DNA of 64,000 nt, from contig JAXLQJ010000030.1 in the NCBI GenBank assembly GCA_046331705.1, positions 1 through 64,000 of the forward strand, in the 5' to 3' direction. Positions 1 through 11,750 of the stretch are shown here, in pieces. A program made the position numbers and the translations under genes. The stretch's first letter is position 1; every line of letters begins with the position of its first letter. The notes beneath the pieces were generated by a model. That model made no database searches and was not told the origin of the DNA. It saw nothing but the letters and a program-made list of their open reading frames with translations. The DNA comes from a bacterium (GTDB lineage Bacteria; JADJOY01).

Positions 1-1155
1 CGCCATCGACAGCTCGCGCCGACCGCCGAGATCGAGCGAACGCGTTCGATCGCCGAGCCGGTCACCGAGAAAGACGCCGCCGGCGCCGCGGTGACCCGGG
101 TGGTCGAGCGCGACGTCGTCGAGCGGTCCGCGCTGGTGCTGAGCTCGAGCGAGCTACACGTCGCGCTTCACGTCGATCACCGCCGCAAGGGGCTGCTCTG
201 GTACGACACCTACGCGATCGACTTCAGCGGCCACTACACGGTGGCGAACCCCGATGACGAGGAGCGCCCGATCGACGTCACCTTCACGTTTCCCTCCGCC
301 ACGGCGATCTACGACGGATTTACGTTCCGCGTCGACGGACAAGAGCCGCCGCCGGTCAGCGATCTGACCCGCGGCATCACCGTCCGAAGCCGTGTCGCAC
401 CGCACGCGGAGGCGCGCGTGGAGATCGCCTACCGTTCGCGCGGCATCGGCACCTGGACCTACGCCCTGTCGCGCGGCGGCGTCGCCCAAGCCCGGAACTT
501 CGCGCTGGCGCTCGACACCGACTTCGCGGAGATCGACTTCCCGTCGGGCTCGCTGTCACCCACCGCCAAGGCTCGTAACGGCGCGGGCTGGAAGCTGCGT
601 TGGGACTTCACCAGCGTCGTCACCGGCCAGGTCGTCGGCTTGGTGCCGCCCAGCAAGCTCAACCCGGGGCCGCTCGCGGCGCGCATCACGTACTTCGCTC
701 CCGTGTCGCTGCTCTTCTTCCTCACGGTGATGGTGATGCTGGGCATGATCCAAGGGCAGAACCTCCATCCCATGAACTACTTCTTCTTGTGCGCGGCGTT
801 CTTCGCGTTCCACCTGCTGCTCGCCTACCTGGCCGATCTCGTCGAGCTGGACGTGGCGTTCGGGATCTCCGCCGCCACGAGCATCTTCCTGGTGCTGAGC
901 TATCTGCGACTGGTGGCCGGCATGCGTCGGTTCCTGATCCACGCCGGCCTCGCCCAGCTCGTCTACCTGGTGCTCTTCAGCTACGCGTTCTTCTTCGACG
1001 GCCTCACCGGTCTCACCATCACCGTGGGCGCGGTCGTGACGCTCTTCGTGCTGATGCAGCTCACTGCGCGAATCGACTGGGCCGAGATGTTCGCGTCCGC
1101 GAACCCGCCCATGCCACTCGCACGCACATCCAAGCCGGTCGGCTCGGCGTCGTGA
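1..1155 (+). CDS. Inner membrane CreD-family protein (5'-truncated by window)
   Basis: Frame is open from base 1. C-terminal multi-TM region contains LHPMNYFFLCAAFFAFHLLLAYL, resembling the CreD HPxQY..L motif. Confidence 0.7.
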   Translation, partial: RHRQLAPTAEIERTRSIAEPVTEKDAAGAAVTRVVERDVVERSALVLSSSELHVALHVDHRRKGLLWYDTYAIDFSGHYTVANPDDEERPIDVTFTFPSATAIYDGFTFRVDGQEPPPVSDLTRGITVRSRVAPHAEARVEIAYRSRGIGTWTYALSRGGVAQARNFALALDTDFAEIDFPSGSLSPTAKARNGAGWKLRWDFTSVVTGQVVGLVPPSKLNPGPLAARITYFAPVSLLFFLTVMVMLGMIQGQNLHPMNYFFLCAAFFAFHLLLAYLADLVELDVAFGISAATSIFLVLSYLRLVAGMRRFLIHAGLAQLVYLVLFSYAFFFDGLTGLTITVGAVVTLFVLMQLTARIDWAEMFASANPPMPLARTSKPVGSAS

Positions 1156-1204
1156 CGCAGGAACAACCGCTCGGTCAGGCCGCTGAAGTTGGCCGTGCCC
1201 CCCC

Positions 1205-1230
1205 GGGCGGGCTCTCTCGCCCGCCCCTAC
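1205..1230 (-). repeat. GTAG-type REP-like palindrome
   Basis: Minus strand reads GTAGGGGCGGGC-GAGAGA-GCCCGCCC: a GTAG tetranucleotide plus a GC hairpin, between convergent genes. Single copy seen. Confidence 0.4.
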
Positions 1231-1311
1231 GAGCTCGCCGTCAGGTCGATTCAAGTCGTGACTGGTCCGCTGGTGCAACGCGATTGCGGCCCCCCCCACG
1301 CGCAGCTCTCT

Positions 1312-1548
1312 TCACGTACGCAGGGTTGCGAGCGCAGCCTCGAGCGCTCTCGCGTGCCCTGCGGCGACGTGGATCAGAAACTGCGCACAACGACCCAGCA
1401 CACCGCCGTACTGCGCGAAGTATCGAACGCCACGCCGTCCCAGCTCCTGATCGAGAACGTAAATCGCGTGCCCCGCAGTGCGCCCGAATGCGCCCTCGTA
1501 GTAGCGGTGGACGATCGGCTGATCCAGCTCGTCGACGTTGTCGGCCAT
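1312..1548 (-). CDS. Small hypothetical protein (78 aa)
   Basis: MADNVDELDQPIVHRYYEG...; protein-like composition, co-oriented with neighbours. Confidence 0.4.
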   Translation of the reverse strand: MADNVDELDQPIVHRYYEGAFGRTAGHAIYVLDQELGRRGVRYFAQYGGVLGRCAQFLIHVAAGHARALEAALATLRT

Positions 1549-1666
1549 GTGCTGGGTTCGATTGCGCCACGCGCCGACGGCGCGGCGCTTGCGTGCACCG
1601 CCATCGCGCCACGGCCGGCGGCGGCCACCCTTCCCGCATGCGCCCGAATGCGCCGCCATCCAACGA

Positions 1667-2158
1667 CTACCCACCCGTACGACGGCGACGCGACCCACCA
1701 TGGAGGTCATCGGCATCCCCGTCGAACCGGCTGTTCCAGCGCTCGAAGGCGGCGCGGCCGAGCGCGCCAGGCAAGATCAACCGCTGACTGACTCCGGCGA
1801 CGCGGAGCTCGGTTCGTGATGAGACGATGCCCTGGATTCTCTCGCAGGTCGAGATATCCAGCCACGGTATCGAGAGCGCTGGATGGAATAGCGAGAACGG
1901 TGGGAGCAGCGCGATATGAAGGCTGGCATCACCCACGGTCGCGAACGCGAGCCCACGGCCGAGCCACGGAGCCATGCCGTACGTGACGGGCCATCGCCCC
2001 CAACCCGCTGCAACGCAGCACAGGACAAAACGCTCACCGGTGATCACGCGATCGGCAGTGAATCGCGCTGCAAGCGCACGCCAGCCGCTGCTGAGCGCGA
2101 CCAACCACCAGAGCCCGGTGCAAGCCGCTAGAATCGACGCAGTCGCCATGCACGCCAC
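1667..2158 (-). CDS. Hypothetical membrane-anchored protein
   Basis: N-terminal TM followed by SGWRALAARF and LFHPALSIPW segments; non-shadow composition. Confidence 0.55.
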   Translation of the reverse strand: MACMATASILAACTGLWWLVALSSGWRALAARFTADRVITGERFVLCCVAAGWGRWPVTYGMAPWLGRGLAFATVGDASLHIALLPPFSLFHPALSIPWLDISTCERIQGIVSSRTELRVAGVSQRLILPGALGRAAFERWNSRFDGDADDLHGGSRRRRTGG

Positions 2159-2212
2159 CTACGCGACGGAGACGAATCGGTCAGCGCGGGCGCGCCGCGC
2201 GGGCGCGCGGCG

Positions 2213-2935
2213 TCACTCGATGGGTTGGCAGTCGTAGCCGACGATGCGCACGGTGCCTTCGGACGCGGAGCCGGGGGCTTCGAGATCGAAGGTGGCACGC
2301 ACGCCCGGCGCGAGCGACGCGGGAGTGGCGGTGACGTGCGGCGTGCCCTTGGGCACGGAGGTCGCGTCCGGCTTCACGATCGCCACGACGACGTCGCGCG
2401 CGAGCCCGGGGCCGGTGTTCTCGACCTCGCCTCGGGTGCGGGTGCCGCTCTGCGTCGGCGTCCCCACGAACTTGAGCTCGCAGTAGCCATTGCCCGTGAC
2501 ACCGAACTCGGGACGAGGGGCGTCGCAGCCCTCCATCTCGCGGGTCAGCATCTCCTTGCCGCCACCGTGCGATCCGACTCCGGTCCACGTGGCCGACACC
2601 GCGAAGCTCGCCTCGCCGCCCGGGTCGATGTCCGCGGGCTCCGTCGTCACGACCTGATCGTCGACCACGAAATCGTCGCCGGCGCCGCGGATCTGGAAGC
2701 GCACCTTCGCGCCCTTCGCGACGGCATCGCCGCTGTTGCGAATGCGGCCCTTGAACGTGACCTTCTTCGCCTGGTTGTCCTGCGAGCGCTGCGGCTGGCC
2801 GACATCCTCGAGCTTGCACTTGGTGGACGGCGGGGCGTCGGCCGCCGGCGCGTCCGCCGCAGTGCACGGCGTGACCCCGAGCGGGACGAGCATGACGGCG
2901 GCGAGACCGAGGTTCCTGAGCGCCTGTGTTCGCAT
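2213..2935 (-). CDS. Secreted protein with two tandem Ig-like (FxLYD-like) beta domains
   Basis: Signal peptide MRTQALRNLGLAAVMLVPLG; repeated pattern G(R/E)(I/V)xNxG..A..P..(I/L)xPG..AxF; RBS GAGAGGAG. Confidence 0.65.
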   Translation of the reverse strand: MRTQALRNLGLAAVMLVPLGVTPCTAADAPAADAPPSTKCKLEDVGQPQRSQDNQAKKVTFKGRIRNSGDAVAKGAKVRFQIRGAGDDFVVDDQVVTTEPADIDPGGEASFAVSATWTGVGSHGGGKEMLTREMEGCDAPRPEFGVTGNGYCELKFVGTPTQSGTRTRGEVENTGPGLARDVVVAIVKPDATSVPKGTPHVTATPASLAPGVRATFDLEAPGSASEGTVRIVGYDCQPIE

Positions 2936-2948
2936 GGGACTCCTCTCG

Positions 2949-3338
2949 TCACTCGGGCTTCGGTGGCACGGAGCCGAGGATCGGTTCCGCGGCATTGAGT
3001 GCCTGCACCGCCACGGGAATGCCGGCATAGCACGCCGTCTGCATCAGCACCTCCACGAGCTCCTCGCGGCTCAGGCCCACGCGCAACGCGCCGGCGAGGT
3101 GCGCGCGCAGCTCGTCGGTCTTCCCGAGCGCGGCGAGCTGCGCGACGGTGACCAGGCTGCGGCTGCGCAGATCCAATCCGGGACGCGCCCAGATCTCGCC
3201 GAAGCAGCTCTTCGTGACCCAGTCGAAGAGCTCGGGTGCGACCTTCATGCCTGGCGGCCCGGCGCCGAGCGCCCGCTCCCCCCAGAGCGCCGACTTGATG
3301 GCGTCGCCGCGCGCACGCCGCTCGTCCGAATCGCTCAT
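2949..3338 (-). CDS. Carboxymuconolactone decarboxylase (CMD/AhpD-like) family protein
   Basis: FGEIWARPGLDLRSRSLVT...ELRAHLAGALRVG...YAGIP motifs. Confidence 0.9.
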   Translation of the reverse strand: MSDSDERRARGDAIKSALWGERALGAGPPGMKVAPELFDWVTKSCFGEIWARPGLDLRSRSLVTVAQLAALGKTDELRAHLAGALRVGLSREELVEVLMQTACYAGIPVAVQALNAAEPILGSVPPKPE

Positions 3339-3369
3339 GGAGCCCTCCTCCGCACACGTCCGCGCCGGC

Positions 3370-4971
<1,602 letters not shown>

Positions 4972-5011
4972 GATCTCGTCCGTGCCGGGAGATGGTTCAG
5001 CCCGCGCGATC

Positions 5012-5191
5012 CTACCTACCCCACCCGCCGCGCACCAGCCGCGCCGCCCACCGATCGCCGCGGCGCTCCGTCGCGAGCACGCCCAAGACGGCGCTCGCGA
5101 CGGACCCTGCGATCCTGTACGCGACGCCAAGTCGATCCATCGCCTCCACGACGGGATCCAACGCCTCGTCGAGATCGTTCGACTTCGTCAT
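5012..5191 (-). pseudogene. Truncated nucleotidyltransferase-like gene (N-terminal 59 aa)
   Basis: LGVAYRIAGSVASAVLG is a GS-type NTase N-terminus, but the ORF breaks before the DxD motif. ATGA-coupled to the upstream small gene. Confidence 0.5.
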
Positions 5192-5424
5192 CCGGCTTCG
5201 GCGAGGCGGCGGCGCACGCCCTCGGCCAACGCCTCGCCGTGGTGCAACGCAACCCACCGGATCATCCCGTCGGACTCCGACGCCCCGGGCATCTGCTCAC
5301 GCAACGCACGGCGCGACTGCCCCACGACACTGGCCGTGAGCGATCTCACCAGCTCGAACCGCAGCAGCTCGATCTGGATGCGCTCGGCGTCGGGCGACGT
5401 ATCCGCGGAACGAGACGTACTCAC
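5188..5424 (-). CDS. Small hypothetical protein of the type found upstream of NTase genes
   Basis: DTSPDAERIQIELLR...RWVALHHGEALAE; stop overlaps the next start (ATGA). Confidence 0.5.
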   Translation of the reverse strand: MSTSRSADTSPDAERIQIELLRFELVRSLTASVVGQSRRALREQMPGASESDGMIRWVALHHGEALAEGVRRRLAEAG

Positions 5425-5529
5425 GGCGGCACCATGCTTTCGTCGGATCCGCTGCTCCGCCGCCGGAGTCCTTCGCTCGTTGGCACGGCTGCCCATCCCG
5501 TCGGCTCGGCGCGCAACGATTCCCGAGAC

Positions 5530-6462
5530 TCACGTCGCTTCGAACAGGAACCGGCCGAGCTCGGCCAAGAGCAGCGCGGGGTTGTCGATCATGGGCACGT
5601 GGCCGGAGTCGGGGATCTCGACCGCTCGACCGCGCGCGAGCACCGCGCCAACCATGCGCTCGACGGTCGCGGCGGAAAGCAGCGGCGAACGCGCGCCACG
5701 CACCACCAGCGTGGGACAGCGGATCGCGCCGAGGTCGCGCCACAGCGCCGCTTCCCCCTGCGCTGCCCAGGCGCCTCGGTCGAAGGACGGCCGCTCCTCG
5801 CGTTGCGCCGACTCGGCGCCGGTCCGCGGACGCCAGAAGCGCTCGTCGAGCGTGAGCTCGAAGCGTCCGTCTTCGCGCGGGCGAAGCCAGCATGCGGCGA
5901 GCCGCTCGAGAAGATCGGCGCGCGCGCCGGGATGAAACCGCTTCAAAACCGCGACGTACTCGCTCACCGAGCCGAACGAGCCGTCCCCGCGACTCATGCT
6001 CTCGGCGCCGCGGGCACGACCTTCGCCGCCCGCGTCACGGCCAGCGCGACCGCCGGTCGGGTGCAGCTCGGCTCCAGCGTCGACGAGCACCAGCCGCGCC
6101 ACCTGCTCGGGAAAGCGCGCCGCGTAACCGATGCAGGCGTGCCCTGCCGTCGAGTGCCCGACGAGCGCCACCGTCGCGGCACCCAGCTCCGCGACGATCT
6201 TCGCCAGGTCCTTGCCGATCGACGCGTGGTGATAACGAAACCCGGGATCGCGCGCCGAAGCGCCGTGGCCGCGCAGGTCGAACGCGAGCGCCCGGAACGA
6301 GCCCACGAACGCGGGCGCGATCTCGTCCCAGACGTGGTGATCGTGACCGAAGCCGTGCAGAAAGATCAGCGGCGTGCCCGCGCCGCCATAGTCCCAGCCA
6401 GCGAGCGCCAGCTCGTCGGCACCCGTGACGCGAAGCGCGCGCGTCGCCTCGTCGCTGCTCAT
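5530..6462 (-). CDS. Alpha/beta fold hydrolase
   Basis: FLHGFG, DLRGHG, GHSTAG nucleophile elbow, SGHVP. Confidence 0.9.
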   Translation of the reverse strand: MSSDEATRALRVTGADELALAGWDYGGAGTPLIFLHGFGHDHHVWDEIAPAFVGSFRALAFDLRGHGASARDPGFRYHHASIGKDLAKIVAELGAATVALVGHSTAGHACIGYAARFPEQVARLVLVDAGAELHPTGGRAGRDAGGEGRARGAESMSRGDGSFGSVSEYVAVLKRFHPGARADLLERLAACWLRPREDGRFELTLDERFWRPRTGAESAQREERPSFDRGAWAAQGEAALWRDLGAIRCPTLVVRGARSPLLSAATVERMVGAVLARGRAVEIPDSGHVPMIDNPALLLAELGRFLFEAT

Positions 6463-6508
6463 GCGCGGTGATCCCCTCGGCTCGCCACGGCGCGGGAAGC
6501 TCGATCGT

Positions 6509-6527
6509 ATTTGACGAAGTGTCAAAT
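6509..6527. promoter_or_regulatory. Palindromic operator ATTTGAC-N5-GTCAAAT
   Basis: Perfect 7-bp arms in the divergent intergenic region; same core as 42577-42599. Confidence 0.65.
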
Positions 6528-6578
6528 TTCGGGTTGAAGTCTGCGTGCGCGGCACTCGCGACACGACCGGAGGTGGGA

Positions 6579-8723
6579 GTGGGCTATCGCATCGGCATCG
6601 ACGTCGGCGGCACGTTCACGGATTTCGCGCTGGTCCGCCCGGATGGCTCGATCGACGTCACCAAGAGCCTGACCACACCACAGAACCAGGCACTCGGCGT
6701 CATCCAGGGCTTGCACGACCTCGCTTCGCGCGAAGGACGCTCGCTCACGCAGCTCCTCGGCGCGACCGACGTGGTGGTCCACGCCACCACCACCGCCGAC
6801 AACACGCTCATCGAGCACAGCGGCGCCTCGACGGGGCTCATCACCACCGAAGGCCATCGCGACGAGATCGAGTTCCGGCGCGGCTGGCGCGAGAACATCT
6901 GGGACCCGACCTACCCCGCGCCGCCGGTGATCGCGAAGCGCCGCTTCCGCTCCGGCGTACCGGGGCGGCTCGATCACCACGGCCACGAGCTCGTTCCCCT
7001 CGACGAAGACGCCGTGCGCCGCGCGGCGCAGCGCTTCCACGCCCACGGCATCCAATCGGTGGCGGTGGCGCTGCTCTTCAGCTTCGTCGATCCGCGCCAC
7101 GAGAAGCGCGTCGGCGAGATCCTGCGCGAAGAGGCCCCGCACGCGCGCGTCTACCTCTCGCACGAGGTCATGCCGGCGGCGCCTGAGTTCGAGCGCACCT
7201 CCACCACGCTCGTCACCGCGTTCGTCGGGCCGCGGGTCGTGAGCTACCTCGAGCGGCTGCAGCACGAGCTGACCGAGGGCGGCTACCGCAACGCGTTGCT
7301 CATCATGCAATCGAACGGTGGCATCACCACCGTCGAGGCCGTGAAGCAACGCCCGATCGTGACGCTGGCGTCGGGACCGGCCGGCGGTGTGACCGCGACG
7401 GTGGAGGTCGCCAAGCGCGCCGGCATCCGCGACTTCATCGGCGTCGACATGGGCGGCACCTCCTACGACGTCTGCCTGGTGCGAAACGGCGAGCCAGAGA
7501 TCAAGAGCTTCTGGAACTGGCTCTACCGGCACTGCATCGCGCTGCCGGTGGTGGACGTGCTCTCGATCGGCGCGGGCGGCGGCTCGATCGCGACGGTGAA
7601 CGCCGGCGGGCTCACCGTCGGCCCCGAGTCGGCAGGCTCGGACCCCGGCCCGATCTGCTACGGACGCGGCGGCACCCGCGTGACGGTGACGGACGCGAAC
7701 CTGGTGCTCGGCTACCTCAACCCGAAGGCGCTCTGCGGCGGCGCTCTCGAGATCCACTGGGACGGCGTCGAGGACGCGTTGCGCGAGCAGGTCGCGGCGC
7801 CGCTCGGCTTGAGCGTGATCGAGGCCGCGGCGGGGATCCACCGCCTCACCAACGCCAACATGAACAACGCCATCCGTCGCGTGTCCTCGGAGAAAGGCCA
7901 CGATCCGCGGAAGTTCGATCTGGTGGCGTTCGGCGGCGGCGGTCCCACCCACGCCACCGCGCAAGCGCTGGAGATGGGGATCGACCGCATCGTGGTGCCC
8001 CGGCTTTCGCCGGTGCTCTCCGCCTACGGCACGCTCACCGCCGACTTCGTGGTGAATCAGGTACACGCGCACATCGCCGAGGTCACGCTCCTGGACATCG
8101 ACCAGGTGAACGTGGAGCTGGCCGAGCTGCGGCGCCGCGCCGAGGCGGAGCTCAAGCAGGTGGGTGTGACCGGTCGCGACGTGGAGCACCACGTGGCGTT
8201 CGGCTGCCGCTATCCCGGCCAGACGTTCACCCTGAGCGTTCCCGCCGAAGTCTCCGAAGGCACCATCACTCGCGAGACGGTCGCCGGCATCGCGCAGCGC
8301 TTCCACGAGCTGCACGAGCAGCTGCACACCTTCGCGACCCCCAGCGAGCCGGTGGTGGTCGCGGAGCTCACGGTGCGCACCGTGGGAGTGGCGCCCAAGC
8401 CCGAGCTGCCCCGGATCGCCAAGGCCCGGGGAACGGCGAAATCGGCGCTGCTCAGCAAGCGTCGCGCGTATTTCGGCGGCGCGATGGTGCCGACCCCGGT
8501 CTACGACGGCGCCCGCCTCGGTGCCGGCCACGTCGTCGTGGGACCGGCGATCATCGAAGAGACGTTCTCGACCATCGTGGTCCATCCCGAGCAGCAATCC
8601 ACCGTGGACCGCTACGGCAACCACGTCGTCACCCGCCGACGCGCGAGCCGCGCCCGCAAACCGACCCGCAAGCCCGCCGCGAAGTCGAGCGCCGCTCGAC
8701 GTTCCGCACGGCGAGCGAGGTGA
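6579..8723 (+). CDS. Hydantoinase/oxoprolinase subunit A (HyuA/acetone-carboxylase beta family)
   Basis: IGIDVGGTFTD, SGPAGG, DMGGTS, SIGAGGGS, GPESAGSDPGP, TVTDAN; GGAGG RBS before GTG. Confidence 0.93.
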   Translation: MGYRIGIDVGGTFTDFALVRPDGSIDVTKSLTTPQNQALGVIQGLHDLASREGRSLTQLLGATDVVVHATTTADNTLIEHSGASTGLITTEGHRDEIEFRRGWRENIWDPTYPAPPVIAKRRFRSGVPGRLDHHGHELVPLDEDAVRRAAQRFHAHGIQSVAVALLFSFVDPRHEKRVGEILREEAPHARVYLSHEVMPAAPEFERTSTTLVTAFVGPRVVSYLERLQHELTEGGYRNALLIMQSNGGITTVEAVKQRPIVTLASGPAGGVTATVEVAKRAGIRDFIGVDMGGTSYDVCLVRNGEPEIKSFWNWLYRHCIALPVVDVLSIGAGGGSIATVNAGGLTVGPESAGSDPGPICYGRGGTRVTVTDANLVLGYLNPKALCGGALEIHWDGVEDALREQVAAPLGLSVIEAAAGIHRLTNANMNNAIRRVSSEKGHDPRKFDLVAFGGGGPTHATAQALEMGIDRIVVPRLSPVLSAYGTLTADFVVNQVHAHIAEVTLLDIDQVNVELAELRRRAEAELKQVGVTGRDVEHHVAFGCRYPGQTFTLSVPAEVSEGTITRETVAGIAQRFHELHEQLHTFATPSEPVVVAELTVRTVGVAPKPELPRIAKARGTAKSALLSKRRAYFGGAMVPTPVYDGARLGAGHVVVGPAIIEETFSTIVVHPEQQSTVDRYGNHVVTRRRASRARKPTRKPAAKSSAARRSARRAR

Positions 8724-10990
8724 GCATGCCCACCGCCATCCGTACCACGCGCACTCGCGGCGCCACGCGTCCGGCCGAGAAGCGCACCGCGCGCAGGCCG
8801 AGCGCCGGGAAGTCCAGCGGACGAAAAGCGCCCTCGCCGCCGCGCGCGCCCCACATCGACCCCATCACCGCCGAGGTGATCCGCGGCGCGATGGAGACGG
8901 TCGCCTTCGAGATGGCGATGCACGTGAGCCTTGCCGCCGTCACGCCCATCTTGAACCAGTCCAATGAGCGGAACGCGAGCATCCTCGACAGCCGCGGGCG
9001 GCTCGCGGCGCTCTCGGTGGGGATTCCGCAGTTCATGCTCGCGTCTCGCGGGCCGGTGCGCTTCGCCCTCGAGTTCTTCGGCGCCGACGGCTTCCACGAC
9101 GGCGACGTGTTCGCCGCCAACGATCCGTACCACGGCGGCGGCCACCTGCCCGACTGGAACGTGTTCGCGCCGGTGGTGGTGGACGGCGAGCTGGTGCTCA
9201 TCGCCTCCATCCAATGCCACCACGGTGACACCGGCGGTGACACTCCCGGCGGTTACTCGGTGAACGCCGTCGACGTCTGGGCGGAAGGCCTGCGCGTCCC
9301 GGCCATCAAGCTCGTGGAGCGCGGCAAGGAGCGAAAGGACGTTCTCTACTTGCTGCGCACCAACAACCGCCTGCCCACCCACACCGCCGACTTGAAGGCC
9401 CAGATGGGTGCCGCCACCCTCGGCGCGCGGCGCTTGAAGGAGCTGGTCGAGAGCTACGGCGCCGACACCGTCCGCGCCGCCATCGACTACTCGATCGATC
9501 TCACCCGGCGCCAGGTGCGAAAGGCCATCGCGAGCTGGCCCGACGGCGTCTACGAGGGCCGCGCGTCGGTGGAGCAAGACACCCGCGGCAACCGCGACAT
9601 CCAGATCCACTGCAAGGCCACCGTTGCCGGCGACCAGCTCACCCTCGACTACAGCGCCTCCGACCGCCGCACGAGCCTCACCACCAACGGCACCTTCGGC
9701 AACACCCAGGGCATGGTGCTCTCGCAGTTCTGCACCATGGTGGACCCGTCCATCCCGAAGAACGAGGGGCTCTTCGAGGCGTTCGAGCTGATCGTGCCCA
9801 AGGGCACGTGCATCAATCCCGAAGAGACGCGGCCGGTCTCGGCGGGAACACACCACCCGGGCGTGGAGGTCTCCGAAGCGCTCTGCCTGGCGCTCTCGCA
9901 GGCCGTGCCCGATCGCGCCCAGCCGCAGACGTACAAGATCGCGATCCCCACGGTGATCTTCGGCAATCACCCGCAGACGGGGACCTTCTTCGTGGATCAG
10001 TCGGTGGACACCACGTCCACGTGCGCCTGCGCGTCCTCGGCTGGCGACGGCTGGGGCGCCACGCCCACCGCATTCGGCAACCTCATCCTCTCCACGGCGG
10101 AGATCAACGAGAGCCTGCTGCCGCACCGCCAGATCGCCCGCGACCTCATCACCGACAGCGGCGGCGCGGGGCGCTGGCGCGGCCAGCCCGGCGCCCGCTA
10201 CGTGAAGGAGGTCACCGCCGATTGCCAGGTTTACACCTGGGTGCTCGGCCCCAAGACGCGCGTCCCGGGAGTGGCCGGCGGCAAGCCCGGCTCGGTGAAC
10301 CGCGTGTTCCTGCGTCACGGCGGTCCGCACGCCTACGAGGTCAAGCACACCGCGTTTTACGTCGGCCACAAGGCCGGCGAGCAGATCATCGTGGACTTCG
10401 CGTCAGGCTCGGGCTGGGGCGATCCACTCACGCGGCCGCCCGAGCTGGTGCTCGAGGACGTGCTCGACGAGTACGTGTCCATCGAAGGGGCCGCGCGCGA
10501 CTACGGCGTGGTGATCGAAGGCAATCTCGCCGCCCTGGACCTGCGCGTGAACGCCGCCGCCACCGAAGCGCTGCGCGCCGAGCAACGCCGCCAGCGTGAG
10601 GAAGAGGCGGCCCGCGGCCCGGTAGACGACGCCCCCACGCGGATCGCGAACGTGCAGGAGTGGTTCGACCGGCGACTGCCCTGGAAACTCCGCGAGAACC
10701 CCGATGTGACCGGCGGCTTCAACGGCACCTTCGCCTTCAACGTGTCCGGCGAAGGCGGCGGTCAGTGGTCCGTGACCCTCTCCGGCGCCGAAGCCACCGT
10801 CACCACCGGCCTCTCACCCGACGCCGCGTTCACCCTCTCGTGCAGTGCCGAGAACTTCGTGGGCATGACCAACGGCGAAGTCGACGGCATGCAACTCTTC
10901 ATGAACGGCCAACTCGGCTTCGAAGGCGACATGAACGTTTCGATGGGCCTCAAGGCCTCCTCGAGCCCTTCGTCACCGGCCTCAACCGTC
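8720..10990 (+). CDS. Hydantoinase B/oxoprolinase subunit with C-terminal SCP2 sterol-carrier domain (3' end uncertain, frameshift near 10955)
   Basis: NDPYHGGGHLPD, HHGDTGG, DSGGAGRWRG, GWGDPL..V..D; then FAFNVSGEGGGQWSV...FMNGQLGFEGDM, typical of SCP2. Confidence 0.85.
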
Positions 10991-11088
10991 GTCCGGGGCC
11001 CGGCTCCAGCCGGGGCGCCATCGTCCGATTGCAGCGTAGTCGAGCTAACCCGCATCCAATCCAGTCCGCACCCTCCCGCCGACCCCTC

Positions 11089-11535
11089 ATGGCCCGCTTC
11101 GAGCACCACCTTCATCGCCGCGCCGATCGAGGACGTCTTCCGCTTCCGCCTCGATCTCACCACCCTGCCCCGCTACAACCCCGACGTCACCGACGTCCGC
11201 CTCATCTCCGGCGAACCCCTCACCCCCGGCGCCACCTACACCTTCCGCCTCCGCGTCGCCCCCGGCTGGGTAACGACCGCACGCCTGCAAGTCACCGACG
11301 TCGCCCCACCCACCCGCCTCGCCTTCGCGATCGAGTCCCTCATGCCCGCCCGCGAAGAATGCAGCTTCGCCGCCGCCACCATGACGACATCCCCGGCACC
11401 GAGATGCGCTTCGCGACCGAAGTCACCACCAGGGCGGCCCGTTCAAACCCCTCGTCGACCGCCTCTTCGTCCTGCCCAACCTGAAGAAGCAAACGCTACG
11501 CGAGCTAACCCTGATGAAACGCTGTCTGCAGAGCC
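11089..11535 (+). pseudogene. SRPBCC/polyketide-cyclase family protein, frameshifted
   Basis: MARFEH then a frame change to TTFIAAPIEDVFRFRLDLTTLPRYNPDV...GATY...PPTRLAF; C-terminal helix LRELTLMKRCL lies in another frame. Confidence 0.65.
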
Positions 11536-11629
11536 CGCGCTACCCGGATCCGCACCGCCCGCGCTTGCACCGCTTTTCAGTACGCACTCGAGACGATCGT
11601 CTAGGCCGCCGCGTGTCTTCTGCGCGGCA

Positions 11630-11731
11630 CCGCGGTGACGATGTCAGCGTTGCTCGTGCTGTGCCGGGGTGGCCATACCGAAGCACAGCACCATCGGTAT
11701 CGAATTCACCGTTACGGTCTACTTGTTGGAT
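11630..11731 (-). repeat. Degenerate attC-like site (distal)
   Basis: R''-like ATCCAAC on the minus strand 20 bp after the cassette ORF stop; internal hairpin GTGCTGTGC/GCACAGCAC; no clear R'. Confidence 0.3.
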
Positions 11732-11750
11732 GGTCCTTCGCACCGATTGG

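Noticed and set aside
6509-6527. FNR/CRP or KstR box
   Set aside because: Half-site and spacing (TTGAC-N5-GTCAA) differ from FNR TTGAT-N4-ATCAA and from the KstR/KstR2 consensus sequences.
8720-11638. 972-aa HyuB-SCP2-SRPBCC triple fusion from the ORF track
   Set aside because: After MGLK the frame becomes S/P-rich nonsense. The SRPBCC gene has its own ATG at 11089 and its termini lie in other frames, so the fusion is a frameshift artefact.
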